Below, piece by piece: positions 38,579-48,919 of a DNA stretch of 64,000 nt. Each line of letters opens with the position of its first letter. Positions within the stretch are counted from its first letter, which is position 1. The notes beneath the pieces are model-generated. The model had not been told where the DNA came from. It did no database searches and saw only the letters and a list, made by a program, of their open reading frames with translations. The position numbers and the translations under genes were made by a program. Source of the stretch: Desulfurococcaceae archaeon (GTDB lineage: Archaea > Thermoproteota > Thermoprotei_A > Sulfolobales > Desulfurococcaceae); NCBI GenBank assembly GCA_038888155.1, contig JAWAJB010000003.1:1-64000 (forward strand), in the 5' to 3' direction.

Positions 38579-39154
38579 CGTGCAAGGCTGCACGCAGGTC
38601 GAATTCTCGGCTCCTATACTGCGCGCACAGGGAGAGAAAAGTCAGCGTAATAGGAGGCAACACCAAAACGCTCCCGCGAGCGCCTTTAGAGATAGTTTAA
38701 AAAACCGAAGCTATGGGCAGATATTTTGGGAGAAAAGGGTCCAAATACAATCAGGTAGAACACGGTGCTACGGTATTTTGTGCTCTGAATTGCTCGATCT
38801 CCTAGTATGTTTTTATCACAGATCTGCAGGTTAGTTGCTGTGTTGGTCTTCCCCTAAGTAAAAGTTTTATCGTGTTTACGTCTGTTGCCCTTAGTCCCCG
38901 GTCTTCATCGGGTTTTTTGCTTGTTTTTTATTGAGCTAGTGCCACGACTCGCCCTTACACCAAATTAACAGTTGAGCTCTAGGCTTATATCCAGCGCATC
39001 CTCAACGTTGAGATCTCCGGCTAGAGGTTCTGCTTCGTAACCAGGCACTGAGTGGACACTCTCAACTCAGTCTATGAGCCCCTTAATGCGCGTGCGCCTT
39101 TAAGGTAATAAGGGATGTAGCCTACAAAATTAAGTAGAGTATAAGGCGAGCAGC

Positions 39155-39718
39155 GTGAGCAGAGAAAGGACAATATCCCTAGAAGAAGCAAGACAGGCGG
39201 TCGAGAGCGTTGCTAGAAGGCTCGCTCTGCTACACCTAGCGTACGCGAGGTCTATAATCGATGAAGTTGGACAAGAAAAAGGAATGAAGATTATAGCTAA
39301 GGCTGTAAAAGACTATGGAAGAAAAATAGGGGAGAAGACTAGAGAGGAGGTAATTGACCAGGGGCTAGATCCCGAGCCGGAGAACTTCGATAGGGGACCC
39401 TCCTATAGATTTCCGGGCTTCGGCATGGGTGATCGAACCGAATTAGTTAACGTTGAGGGCGAGCTGAGGGTCCGAACGCATGGTTGCACGCTAGCAGGCG
39501 TGTGGAAGGAGCACAAAGGGGAAAAGCTTGGGCGCCTCTACTGCTACATGGATGTAGCGAAATACATGGGCTACAACCCAAAGTATAAGCTCGTGCACGT
39601 GAAGTGCATCCTAGACGGAGACGACTACTGCGAATTCGCTGTTAGACCCACGACGGAGAAGGAAAGAGAGGATTTCTCCTCTGAAGGTAAAGACTGGTTC
39701 TACATAGACAGCCCATAA
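39155..39718 (+). CDS. ATC-hydrolase / V4R-like protein
   Basis: CTLAGVWK, LGRLYCYMD.AK..GYNP, CILDGDDYCEF. Confidence 0.75.
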   Translation: MSRERTISLEEARQAVESVARRLALLHLAYARSIIDEVGQEKGMKIIAKAVKDYGRKIGEKTREEVIDQGLDPEPENFDRGPSYRFPGFGMGDRTELVNVEGELRVRTHGCTLAGVWKEHKGEKLGRLYCYMDVAKYMGYNPKYKLVHVKCILDGDDYCEFAVRPTTEKEREDFSSEGKDWFYIDSP

Positions 39719-40068
39719 GCGAAGTCAAAGCCCCCATAGCTTCTCCAAGCCGGGTTCAAAATAGTTTTTCCTTTCTTACACCTAGCTCTTAGGAAACAGG
39801 AGGGGCCGCGTAAGCCCCTCTCGCTTGGCAGTAAGCTAAAATTTGCAGTGTTGTGAGGCCCAATTTCGCACAGCAGGACATCATTAGCTTCCGTGGACAT
39901 CCTTCCGCTCTCCCCCCGCTAAATCGCTCTCCGTTGCACGCGAGCTCAGAGGGCTAAAAACAGTCAAAAAAACCGAAAAGATCTTTAGATTTTTGAGGGG
40001 CTTGTTATGCTTAGGCATGTGCATCCTGTGAAAAGTTTTAAGAAACCACGATTTAAGGTATATTAGGC

Positions 40069-40559
40069 TCACCACGCGAGAGTCTCGGTATCCACAAAGG
40101 TCCCAAGAGAGCTCGTTGGGCTGGCAGATAAATCTAGATCCACCAAAGTGCATACCACTCCCTCTATCTCGTGCTCATGTTTCTTTAAGAATTCAATGAA
40201 TTCTTCGTCTATTGTAAGCCACGGAATTCAGCTTATCTTCGATGTCGAATAGTACAGAGCGTCTATGTAGCCTCTAAGCCCCTCCTTATAGACTTTGTAC
40301 GCATCAAAGTTTGCTTCTACTGGCATGTCAAGCCTATTGTACGTGTTTCTTACAGAGTCCAGGGCAACTCTGAAAACACCGAGATGTTCGGGAGGTATAA
40401 CCTTGATTATCCTCCACATCGCCTCGATGATTCCTAGTCCAGGTAATAAACATCTAATCTTCTAAACAGCTCTATGGCTTTCAGGGCGTCTTCTACGACT
40501 TCTATACCAAGTGCCGACAAGAGAAATGTCGTATCGATTAATGTCTTAGGTCTTCTCAA
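40069..40559 (-). pseudogene. Degraded PIN-domain (VapC-like) gene
   Basis: LIDTTFLL.ALG, frameshift near 40435, YIDALYY, in-frame TGA at 40228, then WLTIDEEFIEFL. Confidence 0.75.
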
Positions 40560-40634
40560 CGCACTTCTGACTACCGCTATTTGTGCATATGTTCTATTAA
40601 CAAGATCGCGATTTTTATGAGGAGTTTAAGAACG

Positions 40635-40719
40635 CGCCGGGGGCGGGATTTGAACCCGCGCGGGCGTAGTGCCCACTGGCTCTCAAGGCCAGCCCCTTAG
40701 GCCGCTCGGGCACCCCGGC
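40635..40719 (-). tRNA. tRNA-Ser(TGA)
   Basis: GCCGGGG acceptor, G discriminator, CTGGC-CT-TGA-GA-GCCAG, long variable arm. Confidence 0.95.
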
Positions 40720-40730
40720 TTTTTCTGTGT

Positions 40731-41318
40731 TTATGGTTTTAGGTACAGTAGAATATAACCCTTTTTACTTAGAATCTCCACTCGGCTGTATACCCTTTCT
40801 GCCTCTCTCGCGAGGTGCTCCCCTCCTCTAGCTAGCACGAACTGGGCAAATCCATTCTCTTCGAGGTATTGTTTAGCCCCTAGCACTATGTCTTTTACTA
40901 TGTACATACCAGCAGATAGGGGGGGATTCGAGTATATCGCATTGAAGCGGAATTCTTTAACGGGATCGTACCTGTCCCCCTCGAGGACAACCGCTCGATC
41001 GTGTACCTCGTTCATCTTCGCGTTCAGCCTCGACGCCTTAACAGCTAGGGGGTTTACGTCTGTCATATAGACTTTTAGCTTTGGGTTCAGCTTGGCGATT
41101 GTTATTCCTATAGCGCCGTAGCCGCACCCTACATCTAGAACCGACCCTCTCTCAGGAAGCTCGATGTTCTCTAAAAGCAACCTTGTCCCCTCGTCTATTG
41201 ATGTGCCCGAGAAGAGGCTTGTATACGACACAAACTGAAGAGTTACCCCATGTATAACTAACGGTATGAGAACTCTTTTGCCTGGCGTCCCCGCCTTGAA
41301 GTAGTGCAACTTAATCAT
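40731..41318 (-). CDS. Class I SAM-dependent methyltransferase (RsmC/MTS-like)
   Basis: LFSGTSIDEGTRLL, VLDVGCGYG, SNPP. Confidence 0.9.
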   Translation of the reverse strand: MIKLHYFKAGTPGKRVLIPLVIHGVTLQFVSYTSLFSGTSIDEGTRLLLENIELPERGSVLDVGCGYGAIGITIAKLNPKLKVYMTDVNPLAVKASRLNAKMNEVHDRAVVLEGDRYDPVKEFRFNAIYSNPPLSAGMYIVKDIVLGAKQYLEENGFAQFVLARGGEHLAREAERVYSRVEILSKKGYILLYLKP

Positions 41319-41320
41319 CT

Positions 41321-42371
41321 TCAACCTGCTCTCCACGCCTTGGGGTACACCCCCCGCGGCATTACCACGCGCGCTGTCTTGGCCACTACTCCTTTATCCA
41401 GCTTAGCTATTTCATCGGCGCTTCTAAGCGCTTTGCTCAGCGCTACCAGCTCTCCCTTAAGGGTGTATAGGGCCACAGTTTTGCCCTTCGCAACGTCGCT
41501 AGTCAACATAGCTACGCCCGGGGCAGCTAAATCCGCTCCGTGAGCTATTGCGTCTACAGCGGAGTCAACTATAACTATTTTGGGTAAATGGCAAGTTGAG
41601 ACCTCAACGGGAAGCACTACTCTCCTCAAGTACCTCTCATCTCCGCTACTTTTCCACAAGTAGACAGCCTCGCTTACCTCTTGGAGAGTAGCTAGGGTTT
41701 CATCCTCCTTGAAGGGCCCAGTCCTAGTTCTCCTGAGCTCCCTCATGTGCGCGCCTACTCCGAGCATGAGTCCTATGTCGTGAGCTAGCTTCCTCATGTA
41801 TGTCCCGGGATCGCAAAGCACTCTGAGCATTACGTGCTTGTCTAGGGCATCCAGCAAATCTATTTTGTATACGCTTCTCACTCTAATCGCCCTCTTCACA
41901 CTTGACCTCAGCGGCGGCCTCTGGTATATTTTGCCCTCGAAGTAGCTAATAGCTTTCTCTAGCTTCTCTCTAGGTGCTGCCCCGTGAAGTTGCACAACCA
42001 TTACGTACTCCTTGACGCTGTGAACAACGCTTCCTATAACTCTCGTGCTGTTGGCTAACCCTATTGGCAGAACGCCTGTTACTCTAGGGTTTCCCCGCCC
42101 CTCAACGGGGCTCTAGGGTCCCCCCGTGCCCAGCCCTTTGAATTCCGAAGATCCTCTTTATCCAGGCAACTACTTCGTGGCTAGTAGGGCCAGGCGGCTT
42201 GTCTAGGTTTATTACTCCAAAGTTGATATGATTAACAGTTTCTCTCTCGTAGGGTAAAGAGCCGTGTTCCGCGCTCGTCTCTGCCTCCCTAACTGCAATC
42301 CAGTCATTAGAGTACCCAGCGCAACTCGTAACCCTATCTAAGAACATAATGCCCCTCTTGGAGAGCTCCAT
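41321..42371 (-). CDS. cbf5: H/ACA pseudouridine synthase Cbf5; exons 42371-42113 and 42090-41321
   Basis: LDKPPGPTSHEVV and GHGGTL; removing 22 nt restores TLDPRVTGVLP and a 343-codon frame with a PUA domain. Confidence 0.95.
42091..42112 (-). other. 22-nt bulge-helix-bulge mRNA intron in cbf5
   Basis: CCCT-AG|A-GCCCC-GTTGA-GGGGC-GGGG-AA|A-CCC; contains an in-frame TGA. Confidence 0.9.
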
Positions 42372-42439
42372 GAACTACCCCAAAGTGTAAAAATAGTGCT
42401 TTTATAGAAAATATAGGTTATCTCAGCGTTGCCCCTAAG

Positions 42440-42733
42440 CTAACCTAGAGGAGATAGCTTAGGCTTTACTGCCTCTTTCATGTACTCTACTAGCCCTGCC
42501 TCCTCAACGGCTTTCAGCACTTCCTCGTCGCTAGCTCCCCTCTGCACCTTTAAGACTTTATCCGTAGGCTCTACGTGCTTTACGTTAGCTCTGCGCCTCT
42601 TCACGCCGCTGAGCTGCTTGGGACCCGTTACAACTACGAAGTTCTCGTCTACGATGTCCACTACTACGCACTTCTTGCCAGCTTCTCTACCAGTTAGCTT
42701 TACGCAAACTCTACCGATCTCTATTGCAGGCAT
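42440..42733 (-). CDS. rpl14e: 50S ribosomal protein eL14
   Basis: AIEIGRVCVKLTGREAG, TGPK..SGVKRRR.N.KH.EP. Confidence 0.96.
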   Translation of the reverse strand: MPAIEIGRVCVKLTGREAGKKCVVVDIVDENFVVVTGPKQLSGVKRRRANVKHVEPTDKVLKVQRGASDEEVLKAVEEAGLVEYMKEAVKPKLSPLG

Positions 42734-42757
42734 AAACGCACACCTACCTCTACTTAC

Positions 42758-43294
42758 CTATAGCTTATTGTCTAAGGCTTTTTTAATGATTTCAAATGTG
42801 TTTTTAACGCTTATGCCCTTAGTGTTTACAACGACGTCGAATATGGAGAGGTCGTCAGTGTCTATTCCGTATATTTCCATGAACCTCTTCTTCTGGCTGC
42901 TCTCCCTAACAGCTGTCTCCACTAGCGCTTTCTCTAGGGGGACGCTGTCCCTCGAGGCAATCCTCAAAACTCTCAGCGCAAAAGGAGCTGTTATGTAAAC
43001 CCTGAAGTCCACTAAGTCGCTTACAATCCACGCAGCTAGGTGCCCGTCAATGACAATATCGCTTTCCTTAGCTGCCTCAAAAGTCTTTCTATCTACCTCT
43101 AAGTCAACAGATGAATCTTTTAGGGCAATTGAGCTCAGCTCCTCTAAGCTCAGTCCTCGTTGTTTTGCAATATCCCGGAAAATTCTACCCGCTGAAAAGT
43201 ACTTAAGATTGTACCTCTCAGCTATTATCTTAGCTTGAGTTGTCTTCCCGCTCCCCGGAGGCCCGCTTATGACTATCCTAGCCAAGAAGGACAC
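42758..43294 (-). CDS. cmk: Cytidylate kinase, archaeal type
   Basis: ISGPPGSGKTT, SAGRIFR, DGHLAAW, YGID. Confidence 0.93.
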   Translation of the reverse strand: MSFLARIVISGPPGSGKTTQAKIIAERYNLKYFSAGRIFRDIAKQRGLSLEELSSIALKDSSVDLEVDRKTFEAAKESDIVIDGHLAAWIVSDLVDFRVYITAPFALRVLRIASRDSVPLEKALVETAVRESSQKKRFMEIYGIDTDDLSIFDVVVNTKGISVKNTFEIIKKALDNKL

Positions 43295-43332
43295 CTAGGA
43301 CTTAGCGCAGTCGCTCTCGCTGGGGAACAAAC

Positions 43333-43626
43333 CTAGCGTGTCTTGCTGACGAGAGCTCTAGAGGCCTCTTTTAGCCCCCTCTTGAGGCACTGGTGGCAGA
43401 TCATTCCTCCATACGGCCTCTCTGGCCTCTTCTCAGTCTTAGCTAGCTTGCTTACTTGAGAGCTCCTCAGCGCAGGAACTCCCTGCAGCTCTTTGCCGCA
43501 GATAGCGCACTTAGCTCTATCTGGCTTCTCTCCCTCGTAATGCGCACTTAGGGCTCCACTAGGCGTTCGCTTGAGCGCAATCCTCGAAGTCCGCGGTTTG
43601 TACGCCCGTGCAGTCATATCCAACAC
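43333..43626 (-). CDS. rpl34e: 50S ribosomal protein eL34
   Basis: RTPSG, CAICG, KTEKRPERPYGG..C..C. Confidence 0.95.
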   Translation of the reverse strand: MLDMTARAYKPRTSRIALKRTPSGALSAHYEGEKPDRAKCAICGKELQGVPALRSSQVSKLAKTEKRPERPYGGMICHQCLKRGLKEASRALVSKTR

Positions 43627-43645
43627 CTTGCGCTTTTCCCCTGTT

Positions 43646-44131
43646 CTAATTAGTCTGGGCTCTTAAATTTTTAGCCCCCATCATCTCGGGCTTTATCTCC
43701 TTGGATATTGGGTAGATAACTAGGGCAAACGCCACTAGCTCCACTATGTAAGCGTGGACGTAAGCTGTGTTCATCTCAGCGTCGTATTTTCCGTAAAGTG
43801 GTATGAAAACAGGGCTTTTAACTAGCGGCTCTGGGATAGAGTTGACTAGCGCAGTTGTTGTGAAGAGTATTAAGGAGTATATAGCAATAAAGCCCCCCAC
43901 GTTAATCAAGATGTATATAAGCGTCTTCCTCCTCAGGGCTTTAGCGTACGGTTGGTACTTCCTAGCTCTCCTTATGTCAGCCTTAGAGGATATCTTCTCC
44001 GGTATTCTAGTTGCCTGCTCAATCATCCTCGTCATTTCCTTGTAGAAGCGAGTCCTCTTAGTTAGCTTAGCTATCAGGATGTACAAATACGCGAACCCAA
44101 TGACGTCTACAGTTACTAGAAGGCCGATCAT
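43646..44131 (-). CDS. 3-TM membrane protein, probably DUF106/EMC3-like
   Basis: TM, basic coiled segment, TM, TM; position between secY and rpl34e. Confidence 0.55.
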   Translation of the reverse strand: MIGLLVTVDVIGFAYLYILIAKLTKRTRFYKEMTRMIEQATRIPEKISSKADIRRARKYQPYAKALRRKTLIYILINVGGFIAIYSLILFTTTALVNSIPEPLVKSPVFIPLYGKYDAEMNTAYVHAYIVELVAFALVIYPISKEIKPEMMGAKNLRAQTN

Positions 44132-44134
44132 AGG

Positions 44135-45562
44135 TTACTTCCCAACCATTCTCTTCAGTAGAGGGTACATTTCAAGGGATCTCTCGTAGGCTATTAGCCC
44201 GTAGTACTGTTGCAGTATGCCAACCGCTAATAGAAGCCCTGTGCCAGTTCCATAAGCTCCTAGGACGTCTGAGGTAATAGCTACTAGCGCGACAATTATA
44301 GAGGACAGCACTGTTAGTGGGTATATATACTTCGCGAGAATTTGCTCGAGTATCTTGGGGTTTTTCCTGAAACCTGGGACCTCGAAGCCGCTCTCAATTA
44401 GTTGCCTAGCTTGATTAGCGGGGTTCAGCCCAGCGACTTCAACCCACAGGAACCCGAAAACAATTGCAAGCACTATGACTAAGATGCTGTAGACGATCAG
44501 CCGCCTGGGATCAGCTATAGCGTTGAGCAGGCTGTGGGGAGATGAGAGGAAATAAGCTAGGCCCCCTACAACTCCCCCTCTTTCGTCGTACGTAACTAGC
44601 ATGTCTATCATAAACTCTGGCACAATTCCGCTTAAGTACGTTCTAATAAGCGTTGCGAACACGAGGATGTTGGAGTAGAGTATCCCTATGAACAGTATAG
44701 GTATGTTAGTTACGTATAGAAACTGGAGCGGGATCTTTGATTTAAGGGTGTAAAGCCTCGGCGAGGTTATGGGGATCTCCACCTTTACGCTGTTTAAGTA
44801 CAGGAGAACGAAGATCATGACAAAAGTCGCTATCAACCCCACGAGATCCCTCCCGCCTTGGCGCAAGAAGGTAGAGGAGATATCGCCCCCGCTGGTGAAA
44901 ATAGCCATAATAGACGGCACTAGGCCAATGTACTCGTCTCCAGCCTTCAGGGGGCTTAGCATGCTCCAGAAAACAGTTGTGGCTACTCCAGCCAATATGA
45001 ACAGGGAGATGCCCGAGCCCAGCCCCCATCCCTTTTGGACCATCTCGTCCAATATCATTACAAAGAGAGTGGCAATAAACAGCTGCAGCCCAACGGCTAC
45101 TCTCAGATCCCACCCGGCTGTGCAGTAAAGTATAGGGTTGTTGTAGTTAAACGGCCAGTAGCGGCAGCCGAGAACGTACATCACTGACTGGAACCCAGCT
45201 AGCACTAAGGCTAGGGTCTTTTGTGAGCCAGTGAAAACCTTCCTGTCATCTGGGTCTGTGAGGTCTAAGTCTATTAGCTTAGCTCCAACGAGTATCTGCA
45301 TGACTAGGCCAGCTGTTACAATTGGGCCAATTCCCAGCTCCATCAACGTTCCGCTGTGAGCAGCGAAAACAACTTGTATTAGCAAGAACTGCTGGGGTGC
45401 AACTTGGCTTATACCGTATAGAGGCGTGTGCGCCATTAAGAGGTACGCTAGTAGCGCTAGAAATGTCCAGAGCAGCTTTTCGTATAGGGATACGTGCTTA
45501 GCTGGCTTGGGAGCACTTGGGATGTACTTGGCGAACTCTGCTAGTATTTTTAGCAACCCCAT
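44135..45562 (-). CDS. secY: Preprotein translocase SecY
   Basis: GTLMELGIGPIVTAG, KGWGLGSGISLFI, LYVTNIP, GTGTGLLLAV. Confidence 0.97.
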   Translation of the reverse strand: MGLLKILAEFAKYIPSAPKPAKHVSLYEKLLWTFLALLAYLLMAHTPLYGISQVAPQQFLLIQVVFAAHSGTLMELGIGPIVTAGLVMQILVGAKLIDLDLTDPDDRKVFTGSQKTLALVLAGFQSVMYVLGCRYWPFNYNNPILYCTAGWDLRVAVGLQLFIATLFVMILDEMVQKGWGLGSGISLFILAGVATTVFWSMLSPLKAGDEYIGLVPSIMAIFTSGGDISSTFLRQGGRDLVGLIATFVMIFVLLYLNSVKVEIPITSPRLYTLKSKIPLQFLYVTNIPILFIGILYSNILVFATLIRTYLSGIVPEFMIDMLVTYDERGGVVGGLAYFLSSPHSLLNAIADPRRLIVYSILVIVLAIVFGFLWVEVAGLNPANQARQLIESGFEVPGFRKNPKILEQILAKYIYPLTVLSSIIVALVAITSDVLGAYGTGTGLLLAVGILQQYYGLIAYERSLEMYPLLKRMVGK

Positions 45563-45791
45563 TTAAAGCACCACTGATATTACTTTCCTCTAGGTTACTT
45601 AACCTTTTAAACTATTTTAAAGAAATACCAGCCTAAAAGGGACGCTGATCCCTTGGTTTATTTAAATGTATCTCTGCAGAGGCCAGCTAACTCCTTTGCC
45701 TCGAAACAGCAGAGAGCTCTCGCCTGATACCCCTAGGCGGTGAGAACATAAGAGAAACTTAAGGATCTTGAATGAGTAGATAGCTAAAACG

Positions 45792-46253
45792 CTAAGTTCG
45801 GCTTTCTCCCTCTGCGAGAACAACCACTCCTCCAGCTCTGTTGATCTTAGCCTTAGCTATTTCCGATACCTCTTTGGCTATGACCTTCAGGGGCAGAGTT
45901 ACTTTCCCCTTGCCGAGGACCTTGCTGTACCCCATGCTGGCAACATCTATTACTATGAGGTCTCCCTCCCTAGTAGCAGCGTTCTTAGATAGCATCTCTT
46001 GGGCTAGCTCGTTCAACTCACCTACATTCACTACATTGAGGGCTTTCTTTGTTCCCCATACGCTGGTGAACCCGTGCTTACCGTACCAATGGGGGGCGTG
46101 TTTTATCATCCAGACAACCTTGTGTTTGTGGAGACCAACAGCTCCAAATCCCCCCCTTGACCCGCTTTTTCTGTGCTGGCCCACTCTTCCCCAGCCCATT
46201 GTGCGGCTTCTCCCCCGCAACTTGCGGGATTTTCTCTCTTTGCGTACAACCAT
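45792..46253 (-). CDS. rpl15: 50S ribosomal protein uL15
   Basis: [30 protein letters not shown]. Confidence 0.96.
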   Translation of the reverse strand: MVVRKERKSRKLRGRSRTMGWGRVGQHRKSGSRGGFGAVGLHKHKVVWMIKHAPHWYGKHGFTSVWGTKKALNVVNVGELNELAQEMLSKNAATREGDLIVIDVASMGYSKVLGKGKVTLPLKVIAKEVSEIAKAKINRAGGVVVLAEGESRT

Positions 46254-46263
46254 ACACTAGCAC

Positions 46264-46761
46264 CTAGATCATGCGCTTAATTAGCTCACCTATATCAGCT
46301 CCGCGGTAACCAGTCTCCCCTCCCTCTCTGTAGGATTTCTTTACCGAGCCTTTAAAACCCCCGCGCGGAGGGCGCAGGCGAAAAACTGGCTTAATAACGC
46401 TCTCTAGCTTGTGTAGGGCTAGCTTGCCGCTGAGGACAGCATCCGCGAGGGCCGGTATGCCCCCTGCTACGCCGAGATCAGCCAATCTCTTATCCACGTA
46501 TTCGTCTGTGAGCCTCTTATCGCCGGGAGTTTTACCCCTAGCGCGGAGCAGGTCTATAAGCGTGTCGCGGTCTATCTCGCCCCAAGTTATCCACTCTTTG
46601 GCCTTCATGAGCATTTCCTCTAGCCCAGGGAGATTAGATGGGTAGACAACGCAGTGGTACTTCTTGTATAAGTGCAGTAGCTTTAAAGTGTGCTCGACAT
46701 CGTACGGGCAGTTAACACTGCCTCGAACCCTGATTATTGCATACAGCTTATTGCGTTCCAT
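46264..46761 (-). CDS. rpl30: 50S ribosomal protein uL30
   Basis: AIIRVRG, ITWGE, PVFRLRPPRGGF. Confidence 0.96.
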   Translation of the reverse strand: MERNKLYAIIRVRGSVNCPYDVEHTLKLLHLYKKYHCVVYPSNLPGLEEMLMKAKEWITWGEIDRDTLIDLLRARGKTPGDKRLTDEYVDKRLADLGVAGGIPALADAVLSGKLALHKLESVIKPVFRLRPPRGGFKGSVKKSYREGGETGYRGADIGELIKRMI

Positions 46762-46769
46762 TTAGAGGA

Positions 46770-47420
46770 TCACCTGTTCCAGTCAGGCGGTGCAGTGAAC
46801 CTGTACGTGCTGTGAAGAGCGTTTACTACAGCCTTCGCGAAGTTAAATGTAGTCCTAGTTTCGCCAAAGCTCTTGGACCAGACGTCCTTTAACCCAGCTA
46901 ACCGTAGCACGACTTTCGCTATGTCTCCAGCTACAAGGCCTGTTCCCTTAGGCGCAGGCTTAAGCATTATAGACACGCTGCCAGACCTGCCGAAAACAGA
47001 GTAGGGCACGGAGTGGGGCTCACCGCACCTACACTCCCAGCTCCCGCAGCCCCGCCTTATAGGGGCTACATTTAGCTTGCCATCTCTAATTGCCTTAGCT
47101 AGCGCCTCTGTGTACTGCTTCGCTTTTCCAGCACCAATTCCAATAAAGCCGTTTTCGTCTCCAACTATAACTATTACTAAGAACTTCGTTCTCCTGCCCG
47201 CATCAGTCATCTTTTGCACTATCTTTGTATCTATCCTCGTGTACTTCAAGTTTGGAAGCAAGTAGTCTACTATCTCGGGCTCCAGCAAGGGCAGGTTTTT
47301 CTCAAATATATCCTTTAAACTGGGCAGTTTTCCCTCTAGGACTAGCTTGCCTGTTTTCGTGCGCGGAGCCCATTTCTCGAGTGCTGCTTTATCTATGGCC
47401 GGTGTAAGTGTGTACGACAT
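46770..47420 (-). CDS. rps5: 30S ribosomal protein uS5
   Basis: WAPRTK.GK, QKMTDAGRR, RRGCGSWEC, PAPKGTG. Confidence 0.97.
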   Translation of the reverse strand: MSYTLTPAIDKAALEKWAPRTKTGKLVLEGKLPSLKDIFEKNLPLLEPEIVDYLLPNLKYTRIDTKIVQKMTDAGRRTKFLVIVIVGDENGFIGIGAGKAKQYTEALAKAIRDGKLNVAPIRRGCGSWECRCGEPHSVPYSVFGRSGSVSIMLKPAPKGTGLVAGDIAKVVLRLAGLKDVWSKSFGETRTTFNFAKAVVNALHSTYRFTAPPDWNR

Positions 47421-47425
47421 GCAGA

Positions 47426-48022
47426 TCACCTGTTAGTGCTGTGAGCTTTAATTATGTTGTTCTTAACCTCCTCGAAGTGCTCGGGAAGGCGCTCGGGGTC
47501 TAGCCCCCTACTTAAGTACTCAGAGAAAACAACCTGGGGCGCTCCCGCTTCCTTGAGGGCGCGAGCGTAGTTTGCAATGTGCTTGCCCGCAATTCTCTCC
47601 TCCGAGGGTACCACATCCTTGCTTAGTGGAACCTCTAGCCCGGCGTCGTTTGCCGCCTTTATAGCTGCAAAAACAATAGAGCCCTCTGTTGGGCTGTACA
47701 GTCCAATATCGGGCACTGCATATTTAATTTCTTTCTGGAGGGCCCTTAGCGCTGCGAGGAGGCCCGTTAGATATGCAGCAGGAGTATTAGAGGTCCCTCC
47801 TTTCCACGAGAACTTCGTTGCGAGCTCTCTAGAGTGCGCAGAAGCTAGGACTTGGTCCCCGTTGGGCTTAGCTATCACTACCTGTACCCATAAGTACTTG
47901 TTCGTTTTTCTAACAACAAACCTTGGGTGACCTGATAATATCATTGCATACCTCTTGTAGTAGTTCGTCTTTCCCTCTCGCCTGCGTTTTCTTGGAACTT
48001 TATACTTAGGTCCTCTAGCCAC
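47426..48022 (-). CDS. rpl18: 50S ribosomal protein uL18
   Basis: [21 protein letters not shown]. Confidence 0.97.
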   Translation of the reverse strand: MARGPKYKVPRKRRREGKTNYYKRYAMILSGHPRFVVRKTNKYLWVQVVIAKPNGDQVLASAHSRELATKFSWKGGTSNTPAAYLTGLLAALRALQKEIKYAVPDIGLYSPTEGSIVFAAIKAANDAGLEVPLSKDVVPSEERIAGKHIANYARALKEAGAPQVVFSEYLSRGLDPERLPEHFEEVKNNIIKAHSTNR

Positions 48023-48032
48023 TTTAAAGCAC

Positions 48033-48491
48033 CTACTTCACTTCTTTAACTAGCCCCCGCTCCCTCAGGTAGGTTTTCAGGGCTGCGAAAGTGCTGAAGT
48101 AACCGCCCTTTGCCAGCAGGTACAGCTCTCTGTAAGTTCTGCTGTCGATGATCTTCCTATCGCGCAGATACCTTAGGAAGTCGCGCATCTTTCTGATCCT
48201 GCTCACCCAGGCCTCTTTATCCCCTTCTCTAGTGGACTTTGAGCCTCTGCGCTTGCCCTGCCCCCGCCTGTGGCCCCTTCTGCGCTTGAGTTGCCTAGCC
48301 TTGGAGCTGTAGCCTGTTATGCCGTGTTTGGGCTCAACCCAAATGGCTCCGTCCTCTACTAACCTCTTAACGTCCTCTCTCGTTATTGCTTGAGCTACAT
48401 CGCTCGCCCTGGATGGGCTGATCCTAACTCTCGATACCCCAACGCCGAGTATTTCGGCGGCTAAGCGCTTTTGTAGCGTTAAATCAGTCAT
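48033..48491 (-). CDS. rpl19e: 50S ribosomal protein eL19
   Basis: [22 protein letters not shown]. Confidence 0.96.
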   Translation of the reverse strand: MTDLTLQKRLAAEILGVGVSRVRISPSRASDVAQAITREDVKRLVEDGAIWVEPKHGITGYSSKARQLKRRRGHRRGQGKRRGSKSTREGDKEAWVSRIRKMRDFLRYLRDRKIIDSRTYRELYLLAKGGYFSTFAALKTYLRERGLVKEVK

Positions 48492-48919
48492 TTCGAAACG
48501 CCCTTTGCGAGTTCAGTTAGCTTAGGTGGATTCGCCACCTTGAACCCCTTTTCAACGGCTATTTTATATATTTCGATTTTCTTCTTGAGCCCAACTCTCC
48601 TGCCAATGTAAATTATAGACTCAGCGGGACTGTATTTTGAGAGCTCGTTAGGGCTGTGGACAACTACGGGCATTAATCCCCGTGGGTGAAGATCCCTAAC
48701 CACGGCTGGTCCACGGTAGCCTACTTTCACCACGGGAGGGTAGCCCTTAAGCTGGAGCCTTGCTTTGTTGTCTACGCCCTTTGGCTTGCGCCACTTCAAG
48801 TCGTTGCTGAACTTTGGCTTCTTCCACCACAAATACCTTAAGAACTCCGGTTGGCGCTCCTTTGTTTTGCGGCGGAGCTCAAGGTAGTGCTTGAGGTCTC
48901 TCTTGAGTTCAGCGCTCAT
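48488..48919 (-). CDS. rpl32e: 50S ribosomal protein eL32
   Basis: WRKPKGVDNK, VKVGYR.P..VR.LHP.G. Confidence 0.96.
   Translation of the reverse strand: MSAELKRDLKHYLELRRKTKERQPEFLRYLWWKKPKFSNDLKWRKPKGVDNKARLQLKGYPPVVKVGYRGPAVVRDLHPRGLMPVVVHSPNELSKYSPAESIIYIGRRVGLKKKIEIYKIAVEKGFKVANPPKLTELAKGVSK

Noticed and set aside
38580-39150. IS element or real ORF 38580-38834
   Set aside because: No transposase motifs or terminal inverted repeats, and the translation resembles no family I recognise.
41321-42371. cbf5 as a split gene or pseudogene
   Set aside because: A 22-nt BHB intron restores the frame and the catalytic Asp.
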